Of a DNA stretch of 64,000 nt, positions 39,727-50,158 are shown in pieces. Positions within the stretch are counted from its first letter, which is position 1; each line of letters starts with the position of its first letter. Source of the stretch: a virus. The stretch lies in IMG/VR virus record IMGVR_UViG_3300042558_005120, positions 1 to 64,000 of that record; one strand, written 5' to 3'. The translations under genes were made by a program, and so were the position numbers. Under the pieces are notes generated by a model. That model searched no databases. It was not told the DNA's origin and saw nothing but the letters and a program-made list of their open reading frames with translations.

Positions 39727-40458
39727 TTATTCAACTTTACCTAATGTCAAAATAGTGTCGGTTTCCAAAGAATGGAATATCAAGCGGTCATCTGACATAT
39801 AAGTTTTAGCATCTTCTTTGTCAAGGAATGCAAACTGATTCTTGTAAACAGAAGTTGCAATTTTTGCTTTGGTATTATTTACATTACACAAACTGTAGTT
39901 GTAAGATTTACCACGTGCTGAAAGAACACCTTTAGCTAATTCAAATGTTAGGATTTTTTGATCCGAGTCAATTGTTCCAAGAGAAGCAATTTTTGATTGG
40001 ATATCCTTTGTTAAAACAAAGTCAACTTCAGCCGCATCAGTACTTGCGATTTTTGACATTAACTCATCTGAGATGTGAGTAAACAATCTAAGACTCGCAC
40101 ATGGGAAATTGATTTCCAATTCGGGACTTCTTAATACAATTTCAGTTCCAACAGTTTGTCCGTCAACAGTTTCAGTTTCAATTCGCATTGTAACATCATT
40201 CCCGGTAAAGTGTGAGAAAGCTTTAATCAGTTTATCTAATGAATAAACACCAATTAATACAGTGCTGTCAGTAGATTCATCGTACTCAAAAATTTGACTC
40301 AATTCAATTTTTGAATATTTAACCACACTTTTCTCAGGGGTGTGAGTTTTTGCTTTTAGGTAATCACCTTCGATTTCAAGAAGTAAAGTGTTTGAAATTG
40401 ATTGAAAGCGTTTTAGAAAAGTTACCAAATCATTGGTAGAATGAATTTTAAAAGTCAT
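39727..40458 (-). CDS. Sliding clamp (gp45-like)
   Basis: FLKRFQSISNTLLL N-terminus; size and context. Confidence 0.65.
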   Translation of the reverse strand: MTFKIHSTNDLVTFLKRFQSISNTLLLEIEGDYLKAKTHTPEKSVVKYSKIELSQIFEYDESTDSTVLIGVYSLDKLIKAFSHFTGNDVTMRIETETVDGQTVGTEIVLRSPELEINFPCASLRLFTHISDELMSKIASTDAAEVDFVLTKDIQSKIASLGTIDSDQKILTFELAKGVLSARGKSYNYSLCNVNNTKAKIATSVYKNQFAFLDKEDAKTYMSDDRLIFHSLETDTILTLGKVE

Positions 40459-40499
40459 AATTTGTTTTTTAAGTTAATTTAAGAAATGATTTATTTAAA

Positions 40500-40527
40500 T
40501 AGTATGCAATTTTAAGTAAAAAGTTTT
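40500..40527 (-). promoter_or_regulatory. Bipartite promoter AAAACT-N15-CATACTA upstream of the clamp / PolB-C / uvsX genes
   Basis: Motif with fixed spacing. Confidence 0.6.
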
Positions 40528-41917
40528 ATTCATCTTGAGCATCGTCAATAGCGTAATATTCGATTCCATCGATTTCAGTTGGTTCATCTGAGGTTAGTAG
40601 TGAGTTGAAAAGATTTTTCTGATTCTGCGTTGACCTTACGATTGAACCATCTACCATATTTTGAAATGCTGATTCAGCATTTCTTAATTCTTCTTTTTGC
40701 TGAATAATACTTTTTTCCAATTCTGTAATGGTTTTGATTGTTTTATTGTACTCATCTTCAGACATTGTTTTTAGCAATATCGAATTTAATCTTCTTCTAA
40801 TTGTGTCATTGCTTGTTAAAGTATCAATAAACTCATCAATCTCAGTCTGTTGTCTCATTGATTTGCTGGAAATCATATATTTTAAGTAGGCATTTTTGCA
40901 TTTTTGGAATTCCAATTCCTCAGTGTCAACTTTGAGATAATATCGCAACCTTTCAACATTTAAACTTGCAATTCGATACTTATAGTCATCAATATAGTCT
41001 TCAACACGATTGTAGTTAATTACAACTCCATCTTTAACAAAAACCAAAGTTTCGGTGATTAGCAATTTGGTTGCTTTATCTACCTTTATTTTTAAGTCTT
41101 CCCACTCGGGGATTGTACCTTTGTGTTTAAAAACTATTTCAACTTTCTCCGAAGAATTATTTGTAATTGTACAATTTGGTAAGTCTTCAGTAAATTGATT
41201 AATTTTCTTAAGGAAATTTGTGTATTTCATTAAAGGTGGAAGATCTGTTACCTTAATTGTTTTTGCCTGCTCGTTGATTTCAACAGACCCAGTAATCAAC
41301 CAAGACTTATCCAAACCTTGGTACCTTGTAATTTTTCCAGTAAATCCTTGGAAATGTGGTTTAACTTCTTTAACTTTGCCATCAAGATATTTTTGAATGT
41401 CTTCAAGTTTTCTAGGAAGAATTGTTGTTTTATAACCAACTGCAATTCCTACAATCATTGTAGTCAAACCAATTGGTAAGTCAACCCATAACGGGTCCCA
41501 ACTATCACTTTCATTTTTCTTATTTAAGAAATGACTTTTCTTAATAATCTCTGAAATTTTGGAATTGATTTTAATTGAAGTATAACGTGCCGCAGATGCG
41601 GTGTTATCCACAGGTGTTCCAAAGAAACCATCGCCTTCCAACAGTGAAATACTGTTTCCATAAGGACGTGCTAATTTATTGATGGCTCCGGTTAATGCCA
41701 TATCGCCATGGTGGTACCCTCCAGAAATACAAGCACCAACTAAAGAAATTGTTTTGTTGAAATGGTGGGGCGCATTCATTAGAATAAATCTTTGGACATT
41801 TGTCAAAGCATCATCAAATGCGGGTATTCCTCGGTTTTCTAAAACATAAAGAGCATAGTTTCTGAAGTTAACATCTATATGTTTTGAGACCGAAAGGGAA
41901 ATTGGTTTTGCTTTCAT
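40526..41917 (-). CDS. DNA topoisomerase II, GyrA/ParC-like subunit (gp52)
   Basis: YALYV..RGIP..DALT.VQR, YHHGD, G.FG, SAARYT (catalytic Tyr), GIAVGY. Confidence 0.9.
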   Translation of the reverse strand: MKAKPISLSVSKHIDVNFRNYALYVLENRGIPAFDDALTNVQRFILMNAPHHFNKTISLVGACISGGYHHGDMALTGAINKLARPYGNSISLLEGDGFFGTPVDNTASAARYTSIKINSKISEIIKKSHFLNKKNESDSWDPLWVDLPIGLTTMIVGIAVGYKTTILPRKLEDIQKYLDGKVKEVKPHFQGFTGKITRYQGLDKSWLITGSVEINEQAKTIKVTDLPPLMKYTNFLKKINQFTEDLPNCTITNNSSEKVEIVFKHKGTIPEWEDLKIKVDKATKLLITETLVFVKDGVVINYNRVEDYIDDYKYRIASLNVERLRYYLKVDTEELEFQKCKNAYLKYMISSKSMRQQTEIDEFIDTLTSNDTIRRRLNSILLKTMSEDEYNKTIKTITELEKSIIQQKEELRNAESAFQNMVDGSIVRSTQNQKNLFNSLLTSDEPTEIDGIEYYAIDDAQDE

Positions 41918-41932
41918 ATTATCATTTTTACT

Positions 41933-41960
41933 TTATATGAAATATTCAGCTCAAAGTTTT
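41933..41960 (-). promoter_or_regulatory. Bipartite promoter AAAACT-N15-CATATAA upstream of gp52
   Basis: Exact motif. Confidence 0.7.
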
Positions 41961-41964
41961 CAAT

Positions 41965-41994
41965 AAAAAAAGCATTAGGAATTCCTAATGCTTT
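41965..41994 (-). terminator. Rho-independent terminator
   Basis: AAAGCATTAGG/CCTAATGCTTT stem plus T-run on the minus strand. Confidence 0.75.
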
Positions 41995-42022
41995 CGATAA
42001 ACTAGTTTCAGTGTTTGAGTTT

Positions 42023-42382
42023 TTATTTTAAAGTCAAAAGATATTTTAACTTCATCAATGCGGCTTGAATCTCATCTCGGATATTTGCAAGTTCGCTATC
42101 CTTATCAGACATAAAGGAATCACTGATAAAATCAAACATACCATCAATAAATGCGTTTACGTTAATGGTATCATAGTCTGCAAAACTTACATCTTTCATT
42201 CCACCTAACTTAGGGCGTTGATATTTTCCACTGTAAACCTCAATCATTTGGTCGAACAGGTCATTCAGTGTTTCATAAGTTTCGCCAAAGGCATTGTGTT
42301 CAGCAAAAGATTCGGTTTGCCAATGCAATAATCTAAGTTGTCCTTGCATTTGGATGATGTTTGTCAGTAATTCCTTTTCCAT
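42023..42382 (-). CDS. Ferritin/Dps-like four-helix-bundle protein
   Basis: LLHWQT.SFAEH.AFG..YE...D...E.Y.G...NIRDE...KYLL. Confidence 0.75.
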   Translation of the reverse strand: MEKELLTNIIQMQGQLRLLHWQTESFAEHNAFGETYETLNDLFDQMIEVYSGKYQRPKLGGMKDVSFADYDTINVNAFIDGMFDFISDSFMSDKDSELANIRDEIQAALMKLKYLLTLK

Positions 42383-42490
42383 TTTATTTAGATTTAATAT
42401 TTATTTTAGTTTTTTAATTTTAAAGAAGCGCTTCTTCCTCCCATAACTTGGAACGAATTGTGTTTCCTGCAAAACCCGAATAATAAAAAA

Positions 42491-42748
42491 TTATGCGCCT
42501 CTTTCAGTATCTCTCATATATCTTTTATGCAGCTTTTCAAATTCTTCAAGTAACTTCATCCCTTCAGCCTCTCCAAAATATAAAACAATACCAACTGCTA
42601 ATGCGTCCCATCCATCTTCATAATTTAACTTACTTTTTCCTGCAGCTGATTGCACAGTAAATACCGTACTTGACCATTGTTTATAGTCGTACTTAATTTT
42701 GTTTGCTTCGTTTAACGAAAAGCTTTCAAATGTTTTAATTCTTTCCAT
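42491..42748 (-). CDS. Small protein with capsid-targeting-like leader
   Basis: MERIKTFESFSLNEA. Confidence 0.6.
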   Translation of the reverse strand: MERIKTFESFSLNEANKIKYDYKQWSSTVFTVQSAAGKSKLNYEDGWDALAVGIVLYFGEAEGMKLLEEFEKLHKRYMRDTERGA

Positions 42749-42769
42749 ATTTTTTTGTGTTTTTTAATT

Positions 42770-44173
42770 TTATACATAACGTTCAGCCATACGTTTCCAA
42801 TTTGCTAACCCACCTAATTTAAAACCAGCTGCTTTTACAAATGTTCTCATACTAACAGATTTTGAATCTTTCATAAATTCAAAAATTTCTTCTTTGTCAG
42901 CAAGTGATAATTCCATTGGTTCAAGTTTTGGAAGTAGAACTCGCATTCTTTCAACAAGTGTTGCGTCATCTGGGCTAACATCAACTAATATTGATCTTGA
43001 ACGAATTGCACCATCGGGATCTGCTTTATCCTTTGGAAGATTTGAGATAAAAATAACCTTTCCAGTAAAGTTGAAATAAGAAGGGAATTCTCCGTTTTCC
43101 TGAGCTTCAAGTTCTCCATCTGGGTCATCCTCATAAATCTTAGGGTCATACAATTCACCTTTCATTCTCTTTTGGTAACTAATCTTACGAACCTTTTTTG
43201 TATCAAGTGCTGCTTTAAGAATATTACGACCGTTTTCATCGCGGAATACTGCATCACAGTCATCAAACACAACAATCTTATCATTGTATTGGAAAAACTT
43301 TTTGTACATCTGTATTGCAGAAACAGCACCTGAGATAATTGTATAATCAACCTCAGCAGTTAGTCCCTCATCTTTCAACGCCTTTTCAACATTATAAGTT
43401 TTACCTGTACCGGCTTTACCAGAGATAAATAAACTATTCATGCCAGGTGCATTGGCAGCAATTCTTCCAGTAATATCATAAATATCTTGTAATGTCTCTT
43501 CAAGATATTGAACTTTATCTTGCAAAGTCATAGTATTTTTTTGTTCAACTGGTGATTCTTTCTCAGTTGCAACCACACCTTCTTTGAAATCGTATATCAT
43601 ACGTCTAGGCACACCAAGCTGTTTGGAAATTTCTCTAACAGATTTTCCGGCATCAAGCAATGCTTCGATTTCTCGTACTTCATTTGGTGTAAGAGAGCCT
43701 TTGGCTTCATAAAGAAGATTATCCATATCCTCATTTTCAAAAATCGTTTTTGCATAAGCTGGATTTGAAATAATCAAAATAAATTCACCAACCAATTTTG
43801 TAATTGGGAACCGTTCAGATGTCATAATATAAGTGGCAACATCTGCAGCGTGATCTTCATAATATTCCAATCCACCAACGATTGCACCTCTGCTAGCAGT
43901 TGGAGGTGTAACACGGAAAGCAGATGTTCCTTTGTTTGCATAGAACATAACACCATCTATGTCTTGGCCTTGAATTGTTTTTGTAACAACAAAAGGAAAT
44001 TTCATATAGCCGTTTCCGGTTTCGCGGTTAACCATCGCAGCAATTAGATCTGCAGCTTTGCTCAGTTTTGGAAAATATCCATCAACCTTTGTCATTAAAT
44101 CCGCAGCTTCAAATAATTGCTTTTTTGACTCATTAATAAATGAGTCGTAATCTTTAAGATATCGTAATCCCAT
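42770..44173 (-). CDS. AAA+ ATPase with HTH and capsid-targeting-like leader
   Basis: LRYLKDYDSFINES; SVREISKQLGV HTH; GKAGTGKT, VVFDDCD, ISN, AIRSR. Confidence 0.75.
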   Translation of the reverse strand: MGLRYLKDYDSFINESKKQLFEAADLMTKVDGYFPKLSKAADLIAAMVNRETGNGYMKFPFVVTKTIQGQDIDGVMFYANKGTSAFRVTPPTASRGAIVGGLEYYEDHAADVATYIMTSERFPITKLVGEFILIISNPAYAKTIFENEDMDNLLYEAKGSLTPNEVREIEALLDAGKSVREISKQLGVPRRMIYDFKEGVVATEKESPVEQKNTMTLQDKVQYLEETLQDIYDITGRIAANAPGMNSLFISGKAGTGKTYNVEKALKDEGLTAEVDYTIISGAVSAIQMYKKFFQYNDKIVVFDDCDAVFRDENGRNILKAALDTKKVRKISYQKRMKGELYDPKIYEDDPDGELEAQENGEFPSYFNFTGKVIFISNLPKDKADPDGAIRSRSILVDVSPDDATLVERMRVLLPKLEPMELSLADKEEIFEFMKDSKSVSMRTFVKAAGFKLGGLANWKRMAERYV

Positions 44174-44200
44174 ACTAATATTTTTTTTATTTTAATAGTT

Positions 44201-44209
44201 TATATATCA
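44201..44209 (-). promoter_or_regulatory. Late-type promoter motif TGATATATA
   Basis: Upstream of the leader-tagged ATPase island. Confidence 0.65.
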
Positions 44210-44216
44210 TTTTACT

Positions 44217-46043
44217 TTAGCGACCTTCTAACCATTTTTTTCTTTTATCTGAACTATTTCCAAATGCCATTTCGATAAATTTGCCTGCAGAACGGTCATT
44301 TTTAATTTTAAACATTTTTCGGTCATCCATAACATGGCCCCAGTCTTGAATACTCAATGAACCTAATCCCTTTAAATACCTAACATTTTTATAGTTCGTA
44401 TTTTCATTTATATATTTACTCCACTCATCGGTTGAATAAAAGTATTTTCTTTTTCCTCCGACTTCTGCAGTTATTAAAGGAATGATTAAAATATTAAGTT
44501 TTCCACTTTCGATTATTTGTGGAAACCATCGGTGAAATAGATTAATAATCAAAGATGCAATGTGTCCAATTCCGTCAGGGTCTGGGTCAGTTGCTATTGT
44601 GATATTTGTAAAACTGCAATTTGTTCCGTCATTTGGCTCGAGGTTTAGGATTTGCATCAAGTCAATAATCTCATCATTGCTTGACAAGTCACTTAATGTC
44701 CTAGCATTTTTAACCTTTCCTTTTAATGAATAAACACCGTCGATTCTTGGGTCTCTTTTTTGTAAAACAGATGCCATCGCAGATAGGCCTTCAACTATAA
44801 ATAAAGTACCTTTACTTTGTGATGGCGGAAAATATTTGTCACTGATTTTTTTCTTTGCAGCTTTCTTTTTACTTTTAATGGTTTTTAATTCGGCCTCTCT
44901 GGTATACTCGTCAATACTTTTTTGAACCAAATTAAACAATTCAGATTTTGGTAATTTACTGAAAAACCCTGCCTTAAAATGTTTGTGTAGAACTTCTTGA
45001 ATTTCAGACTTCTTAATTGCATAACGAGTTTTGTTTTGGTCAGCAAACTTAACTAATGCAGGTGGAAGGTTTAGAACCAACATTGTTTCAAAGAAGTGGT
45101 GAGCATACTGATACTTAAAAATATCATTTGCCCAGTCAGTAACAATTTTTTGATGGATACCTGTACAATTCGCACCGTTGATAAATGAAATACTTGTACT
45201 ATTTTCAGATTTTGGCCACATCAAAATCGAACCTATTTTACTCGTTACTGTAAATGTATCTTTAGGCAAGAAGTTAACATCCAAGTTTATTTTTTTTCCA
45301 TCGAAGATAAATTCAAAATCTAGGTTTGAAATAACAGGGTCGTTCTTTTTTAAGTAGTTTCGGAAAACAAACATCGAGAAAAGATATTCAAAGTCCCATT
45401 CGCTGGCTTTGAATGTGTCTTTTCTTGGAATAAATCGAACAGTCGTTCCAAGTGGTGTCCGATTTCTTTTGTTTAATTCTTCATGGAATTTTTTAAATTG
45501 CTTCCATTTGATTTGAAAAGAAACATCTAGGTTTACTGTATGGATTTCAAATTCATCCGAAAGCATATTTACTAATGCAGCACCCACGCCATTTGTTCCG
45601 ATTAAGGCATCTTCAGAAGTTTCATTATAAAAATTTGACCCGGCACGTAGCATTGACACTGCGGTCTCAACATTTGAAACTCCAGTTTTCGAGTTTTTCT
45701 TTTCGGCATTGATAAATCCGTTTCCGGTATCAGTTACAGTAACTTCTCCGGATTGACTATCTATAGACACGGTAATTTTTTTCATTTCGCCATTAAGCCT
45801 TTTTGCTTCATCAAAGGCGTTGTCTACTATCTCGTTAAGCATTTTATAAAAACCGACTGAAATTGTTTTACTTTTTTCAATCAATTTCCCGGATTCAATA
45901 ATGTGAACTTTTTCTTCGCTCAGGTCGACAGAACCAACATACATAGTTGGCCTCAATAAAGTATGTTCAAAATCACTTAAAGAAACTATTTCCTTTGAGC
46001 TGCTTGCGGACTTTTTAGATAAATTTTTTTCTTTCGTTGCCAT
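44217..46043 (-). CDS. DNA topoisomerase II, GyrB/ParE-like subunit (gp39+gp60, intact)
   Basis: LRPTMYVGS, EIVDNAFDE, GTNGVGA, VEGLSA, LKGK, TDPDPDG, YLKGLGS. Confidence 0.92.
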   Translation of the reverse strand: MATKEKNLSKKSASSSKEIVSLSDFEHTLLRPTMYVGSVDLSEEKVHIIESGKLIEKSKTISVGFYKMLNEIVDNAFDEAKRLNGEMKKITVSIDSQSGEVTVTDTGNGFINAEKKNSKTGVSNVETAVSMLRAGSNFYNETSEDALIGTNGVGAALVNMLSDEFEIHTVNLDVSFQIKWKQFKKFHEELNKRNRTPLGTTVRFIPRKDTFKASEWDFEYLFSMFVFRNYLKKNDPVISNLDFEFIFDGKKINLDVNFLPKDTFTVTSKIGSILMWPKSENSTSISFINGANCTGIHQKIVTDWANDIFKYQYAHHFFETMLVLNLPPALVKFADQNKTRYAIKKSEIQEVLHKHFKAGFFSKLPKSELFNLVQKSIDEYTREAELKTIKSKKKAAKKKISDKYFPPSQSKGTLFIVEGLSAMASVLQKRDPRIDGVYSLKGKVKNARTLSDLSSNDEIIDLMQILNLEPNDGTNCSFTNITIATDPDPDGIGHIASLIINLFHRWFPQIIESGKLNILIIPLITAEVGGKRKYFYSTDEWSKYINENTNYKNVRYLKGLGSLSIQDWGHVMDDRKMFKIKNDRSAGKFIEMAFGNSSDKRKKWLEGR

Positions 46044-46044
46044 A

Positions 46045-46701
46045 TTAATAAGTAGTGTCAATAAAATCTTTTTTCAAAACAGAACATTTTTCGTATTCTT
46101 CGAGAATTTCAAAGTGCTTAATCATTTTACTAATTATATCAATTCTTTCTTTGGACGTTGCAAGTTTTATCTGCAAGAACATATCCGAAAAGATAATATT
46201 TTTTTGTTTAAACTTATCTGGATTTTTAATTATAAAGTTATAAACATTCGAATAAAATAATCCAATGTCGCCTTTGGTTTGAAGTTCATCTTCAGGATTA
46301 AATATCCATTCCTCAACGGGTTCTGTTGGTTCTATTCCTTCATTTACTTGTCTTTGATAATCAAGTGCCTTTTGGATTGTTAGCAAAACTCCATTATCTA
46401 CAGCTTCTGTTTGATAGTCAGTCCTAACGTTTTCATCAAAAAGTTCAAGTTCATCAGGCATTTGTAAAACTGGGACTGTAACAACATCACCATAAAGTGG
46501 AACTCCAAAAACTAAAGATGCAATTTGATTTAATGGTTTTTTTCTAGCCATTCCGGTCTCATCGTAAATTAACCAAAAATGGTCAAAACATAAAGGGTCG
46601 ATTGAACTTCCGACTATATCATGGATTTCACCTAATGTAAATGATTCAGTTCTGGGATAAAGAACTGAAACCATGTGATCCACACTAATTTTTACTGCCA
46701 T
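46045..46701 (-). CDS. Hypothetical protein (DUF3846-like N-terminus, UVR-like C-terminal motif EEYEKC)
   Basis: TLGEIHDIVG...YDETG...LN..AS...GDVV; FEILEEYEKCSVLK. Confidence 0.45.
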   Translation of the reverse strand: MAVKISVDHMVSVLYPRTESFTLGEIHDIVGSSIDPLCFDHFWLIYDETGMARKKPLNQIASLVFGVPLYGDVVTVPVLQMPDELELFDENVRTDYQTEAVDNGVLLTIQKALDYQRQVNEGIEPTEPVEEWIFNPEDELQTKGDIGLFYSNVYNFIIKNPDKFKQKNIIFSDMFLQIKLATSKERIDIISKMIKHFEILEEYEKCSVLKKDFIDTTY

Positions 46702-46720
46702 AAATTAGACATTTTTTATT

Positions 46721-46748
46721 TTATATGCAAATTTTGCTATTGAGTTTT
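46721..46748 (-). promoter_or_regulatory. Bipartite promoter AAAACT-N15-CATATAA
   Basis: Exact motif upstream of the topoisomerase operon. Confidence 0.7.
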
Positions 46749-46752
46749 AACA

Positions 46753-46786
46753 AAAAAAGAAAGTCCGTTTCCAAACTTTCTTTTTA
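46753..46786. terminator. Terminator after nrdA
   Basis: AAAAAGAAAGT/ACTTTCTTTTT inverted repeat. Confidence 0.55.
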
Positions 46787-46790
46787 TTAA

Positions 46791-49190
46791 TTACGCCGAA
46801 CATCCAAAACAGTCAAAAGGTGAATCTTTTGGTTTTTGTGGTAGAACATCGGGGTCTTTAGCCTTTTCAAATTTGCTAATATCAATGCCCAAATGCTTTG
46901 CGCCTGTCGAAATTGCCTTTCCTTTAAAGTAATATGAAAGTGTTTTTAATCCTTTTTTCCAAGAATAAAAATGTGCTGAAGAAAGTTTCGATAGCGTTGG
47001 TTTTCCAATATAAATATTCATTGATTGTGATTGGTCAATGAACGGCCCACGATCTGCGGCCATATCAATTAGTTCACGTTGCGGAATTTCCCAAATAGTT
47101 CGATACTTTTGAATTAAGTGCTCTAATCTTTTAACTTTTGCTTCATACTTACGGTCGTCTGAGTCGAGATATCTATTGAAATTAATATTTTGAATTGAAC
47201 CGTCATTTAAAATGATTTCATCTTTCAAATCCTCGGACCAAATTCCAAGTTTTTCAAGGTCGCTGATTAAATACTTATTGATAATTGTAATTTCTCCACC
47301 AATTACACTGCGATTAAATATTGCTGAATGTGCTGGTTCAGTCATTTCATACGAACCAGTAATTTTTGCTGAACTCGCAACTGGCATTTGAGCTGTCACC
47401 AATGAATTGGAGATTCCGTGCTCCATTATGTTCTTTTTAAGTTCTGCCCAGTCCCACATTCCTGACAAATCATCTTCTGTTAATCCCCACATATCCCATT
47501 GAAGTTTACCGTTTGCTACAGGTGAACCTTCAAAGTAGTGATATGGTTTATATTCTCCGGATTTGCACAATTCCATGCTTGCAGTTAATGCGGCAAAGTA
47601 TATTGTTTCAAATATCTTTTTATTAAGCTGCTTAGCTTCAGGTGAAGTAAATGTTAAATCCAATAAATAGAAAACATCTGCGAGACCTTGTGTTCCAATA
47701 CCGATTGCTCTTTGTTCTCGTCCACCTTTTTCTCCTTTTGCTGTTGAATAGTTGTTTATATCAATAACTAGATTCAATGCTCTGACTATTTTTTTAACTT
47801 CTTGATACAACTTATCAAAATCAAATCCATTGCCAGAAACGAAATTCTTTAACACAATAGACGATAGTGTACAAATCGCAGTTGTTTCCTCATCCGTTGC
47901 TTGGAAAACCTCAATACACAAATTTGATTGTTTTAAGACACCAATATTTTGGTGATTGGTTTTTCTATTTGCGCTGTCCTTTGCTGCTAAATAAGGAACA
48001 CCCGTTTCAATCTGGGCTTCGATAATGCTGTTCCAAAGTTCTTGAGCTTTAACTTTAACACCAATTCCCGCATCGATTGCTAATTGATAATTTGCTTCAT
48101 ATTCTTCACCGTAACACTCGTGCAAAGGTTTAATCCCAGCTTTCAGAATATCATTTGGACAAAACAAATACCAGTCATCGTTAGACTCAACAGCTCGCAT
48201 AAAGTTATCTGGAACCCATAATGCTGTAAACAAATCTCGGGCACGTTGTTCATCCTTTCCTGCTTGTTTTTTGATTTCCAATAAATCAAAAATATCTTTA
48301 TGCCAAGGCTCAATGTAAATTGCAGCAACACCCGGACGTCTGCCTTGTTGGTTAAAAAATCTTAATGACTCATTAACAATTTTTAAGTATTTCAATAGCC
48401 CACCTGCATAACCACCTGATGAAGAAAGCCGGCTTTCTTTACTTCTAATGTTTGACATACATAATCCAATTCCTGCAGCATCGGCTGAATAAACAGAGAT
48501 ATCTCTTAGCGTATTAAGCAATCCATCTCTGGAATCACCGTCATTATAATGCAAAACACAGGATGCCAATTGTGGTATCTTTGTCCCGGCGTTAATCATA
48601 ATTGGTGTTGCCGGGGATATTAATTGATTTGATAAAGATTTATAATAGTCAATTGCTTCTTCAAATGTTTTTGTGACCCAAAGTGCAACTCTCATATACA
48701 TATGTTGAGGACGTTCTACTACTACGCCTGTCGGCTTTCTCAACAAATACATTTCCCGTAAAGACTTCCAAGCAAAATAATCAAAATTAAAATCGTTATC
48801 ATGGATAAGTTCCGAGTCGATTTTTTCTGCTCCATACTTTTCAATAATGGCAATTAAACCAGGATTGATAATGCCGTCCTCAGCTAATTCCTTCATAGTT
48901 TCACTAAAGCTGGTTTTTGTTTCTCTGTGGTATGAAGAAATTGCAATACTTGCTGCAAGTTTAGAATAATCGTGGTGACTACCTGTATATGCTGCCGCCA
49001 ACTCAGAAATAAGTTTGTCAATTTGAGAAGTTTTCAGAATACCATCAGTTGGTACTGATGTGATAACCTTTGCAAAAATCTCGACCGGGTTTGTTTTTAA
49101 GTTTTTGTTTGCTTTGTTAATACGAGTAAGGATCTTCTGTGGCGCAAACGAAACCACATCGCCGTTTCTTTTTTCAATTTTTAATGACAT
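46791..49190 (-). CDS. nrdA: Class Ia ribonucleotide reductase alpha subunit
   Basis: ATP cone KRNG, ERPQH, QLASC, QQGRRPG, SNLCIE, MPVASS, DQSQS, C-terminal CFGCSA. Confidence 0.95.
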   Translation of the reverse strand: MSLKIEKRNGDVVSFAPQKILTRINKANKNLKTNPVEIFAKVITSVPTDGILKTSQIDKLISELAAAYTGSHHDYSKLAASIAISSYHRETKTSFSETMKELAEDGIINPGLIAIIEKYGAEKIDSELIHDNDFNFDYFAWKSLREMYLLRKPTGVVVERPQHMYMRVALWVTKTFEEAIDYYKSLSNQLISPATPIMINAGTKIPQLASCVLHYNDGDSRDGLLNTLRDISVYSADAAGIGLCMSNIRSKESRLSSSGGYAGGLLKYLKIVNESLRFFNQQGRRPGVAAIYIEPWHKDIFDLLEIKKQAGKDEQRARDLFTALWVPDNFMRAVESNDDWYLFCPNDILKAGIKPLHECYGEEYEANYQLAIDAGIGVKVKAQELWNSIIEAQIETGVPYLAAKDSANRKTNHQNIGVLKQSNLCIEVFQATDEETTAICTLSSIVLKNFVSGNGFDFDKLYQEVKKIVRALNLVIDINNYSTAKGEKGGREQRAIGIGTQGLADVFYLLDLTFTSPEAKQLNKKIFETIYFAALTASMELCKSGEYKPYHYFEGSPVANGKLQWDMWGLTEDDLSGMWDWAELKKNIMEHGISNSLVTAQMPVASSAKITGSYEMTEPAHSAIFNRSVIGGEITIINKYLISDLEKLGIWSEDLKDEIILNDGSIQNINFNRYLDSDDRKYEAKVKRLEHLIQKYRTIWEIPQRELIDMAADRGPFIDQSQSMNIYIGKPTLSKLSSAHFYSWKKGLKTLSYYFKGKAISTGAKHLGIDISKFEKAKDPDVLPQKPKDSPFDCFGCSA

Positions 49191-49206
49191 TATCTAATCG
49201 GTTTTT

Positions 49207-50157
49207 TTAAAAATCTTCTGTAAATGTGAGTGGCTCACCAATTCTCGCCTTTTGGTAGTCGATTGTTCTGCCTTCAAAGAAATTGTTTTTGGTTTCAATT
49301 GCTATCTGTTCCATAAATTTAAATGGATTACTAACTCCAAAATGTTTTGGTAATCCAAGTTTAACAAACAATCCGTCAACAACAAACTCTAAATATTGCT
49401 TCATCAAATTCGAGTTCATACCGATAAGTGAAACCGACAAAGATTCTGTAACAAATTCCTTTTCAATTTCCAAAGCGGAAAGTAGAATTTCTTTAATCTT
49501 TTCAGCAGAAGGACGTTGTTCGATATGGTTATTTAAAAGATTGATAGCAAAATCACAATGCAAATTTTCATCTTTAAAAATTAAACCATTTGCTTTTGCT
49601 AGTCCTAACATTAATCCTCTCGATTTTAACCAAAAAATTGAACAAAACGAACCGGAGAAAAAGATGCCTTCGACTGCGGCGAATGCAACTAATTTTTCTT
49701 GGAACGTCCCGTTCTTAATCCAATCAAGTGCCCAGTTTGCTTTTTTCTGAACGATTGGCATATTTTCCAAAGCGTTAAAGCATTCGGCTTTTTCTTTTGA
49801 GTTTGAAATATAAGTATCAATTAACTGAGAATAAGTTTCTGAATGCACGGTTTCCATAAAAATTTGTATCGAATAAAAAGAGCGAGCCTCAGGATATTGA
49901 ACATCATTATAAAAATTCAAGGCTAAGTTCTCATTAACGATTCCATCACTTGCTGCAAAAAATGCCAAGATATTTTTAATAAAAAAGCGTTCATTGTCTG
50001 TTAAAGATTTCCAATCTCGGATGTCGTCTGACAAATCAATCTCGGCCGCGTGCCAAATTGCAGCTTCGTGTGCTTTATAAAAATCCCAAATATCGTGATG
50101 GATAATTGGAAAGGTAACAAACCTGGCATTGCTCGGTTCTAAAATTTTTTCGTTCAT
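49207..50157 (-). CDS. nrdB: Class Ia ribonucleotide reductase beta subunit
   Basis: FFAASDGIVNENL, ETVHSETY, VEGIFFSGSF, DENLH, NFFE. Confidence 0.95.
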   Translation of the reverse strand: MNEKILEPSNARFVTFPIIHHDIWDFYKAHEAAIWHAAEIDLSDDIRDWKSLTDNERFFIKNILAFFAASDGIVNENLALNFYNDVQYPEARSFYSIQIFMETVHSETYSQLIDTYISNSKEKAECFNALENMPIVQKKANWALDWIKNGTFQEKLVAFAAVEGIFFSGSFCSIFWLKSRGLMLGLAKANGLIFKDENLHCDFAINLLNNHIEQRPSAEKIKEILLSALEIEKEFVTESLSVSLIGMNSNLMKQYLEFVVDGLFVKLGLPKHFGVSNPFKFMEQIAIETKNNFFEGRTIDYQKARIGEPLTFTEDF

Positions 50158-50158
50158 T

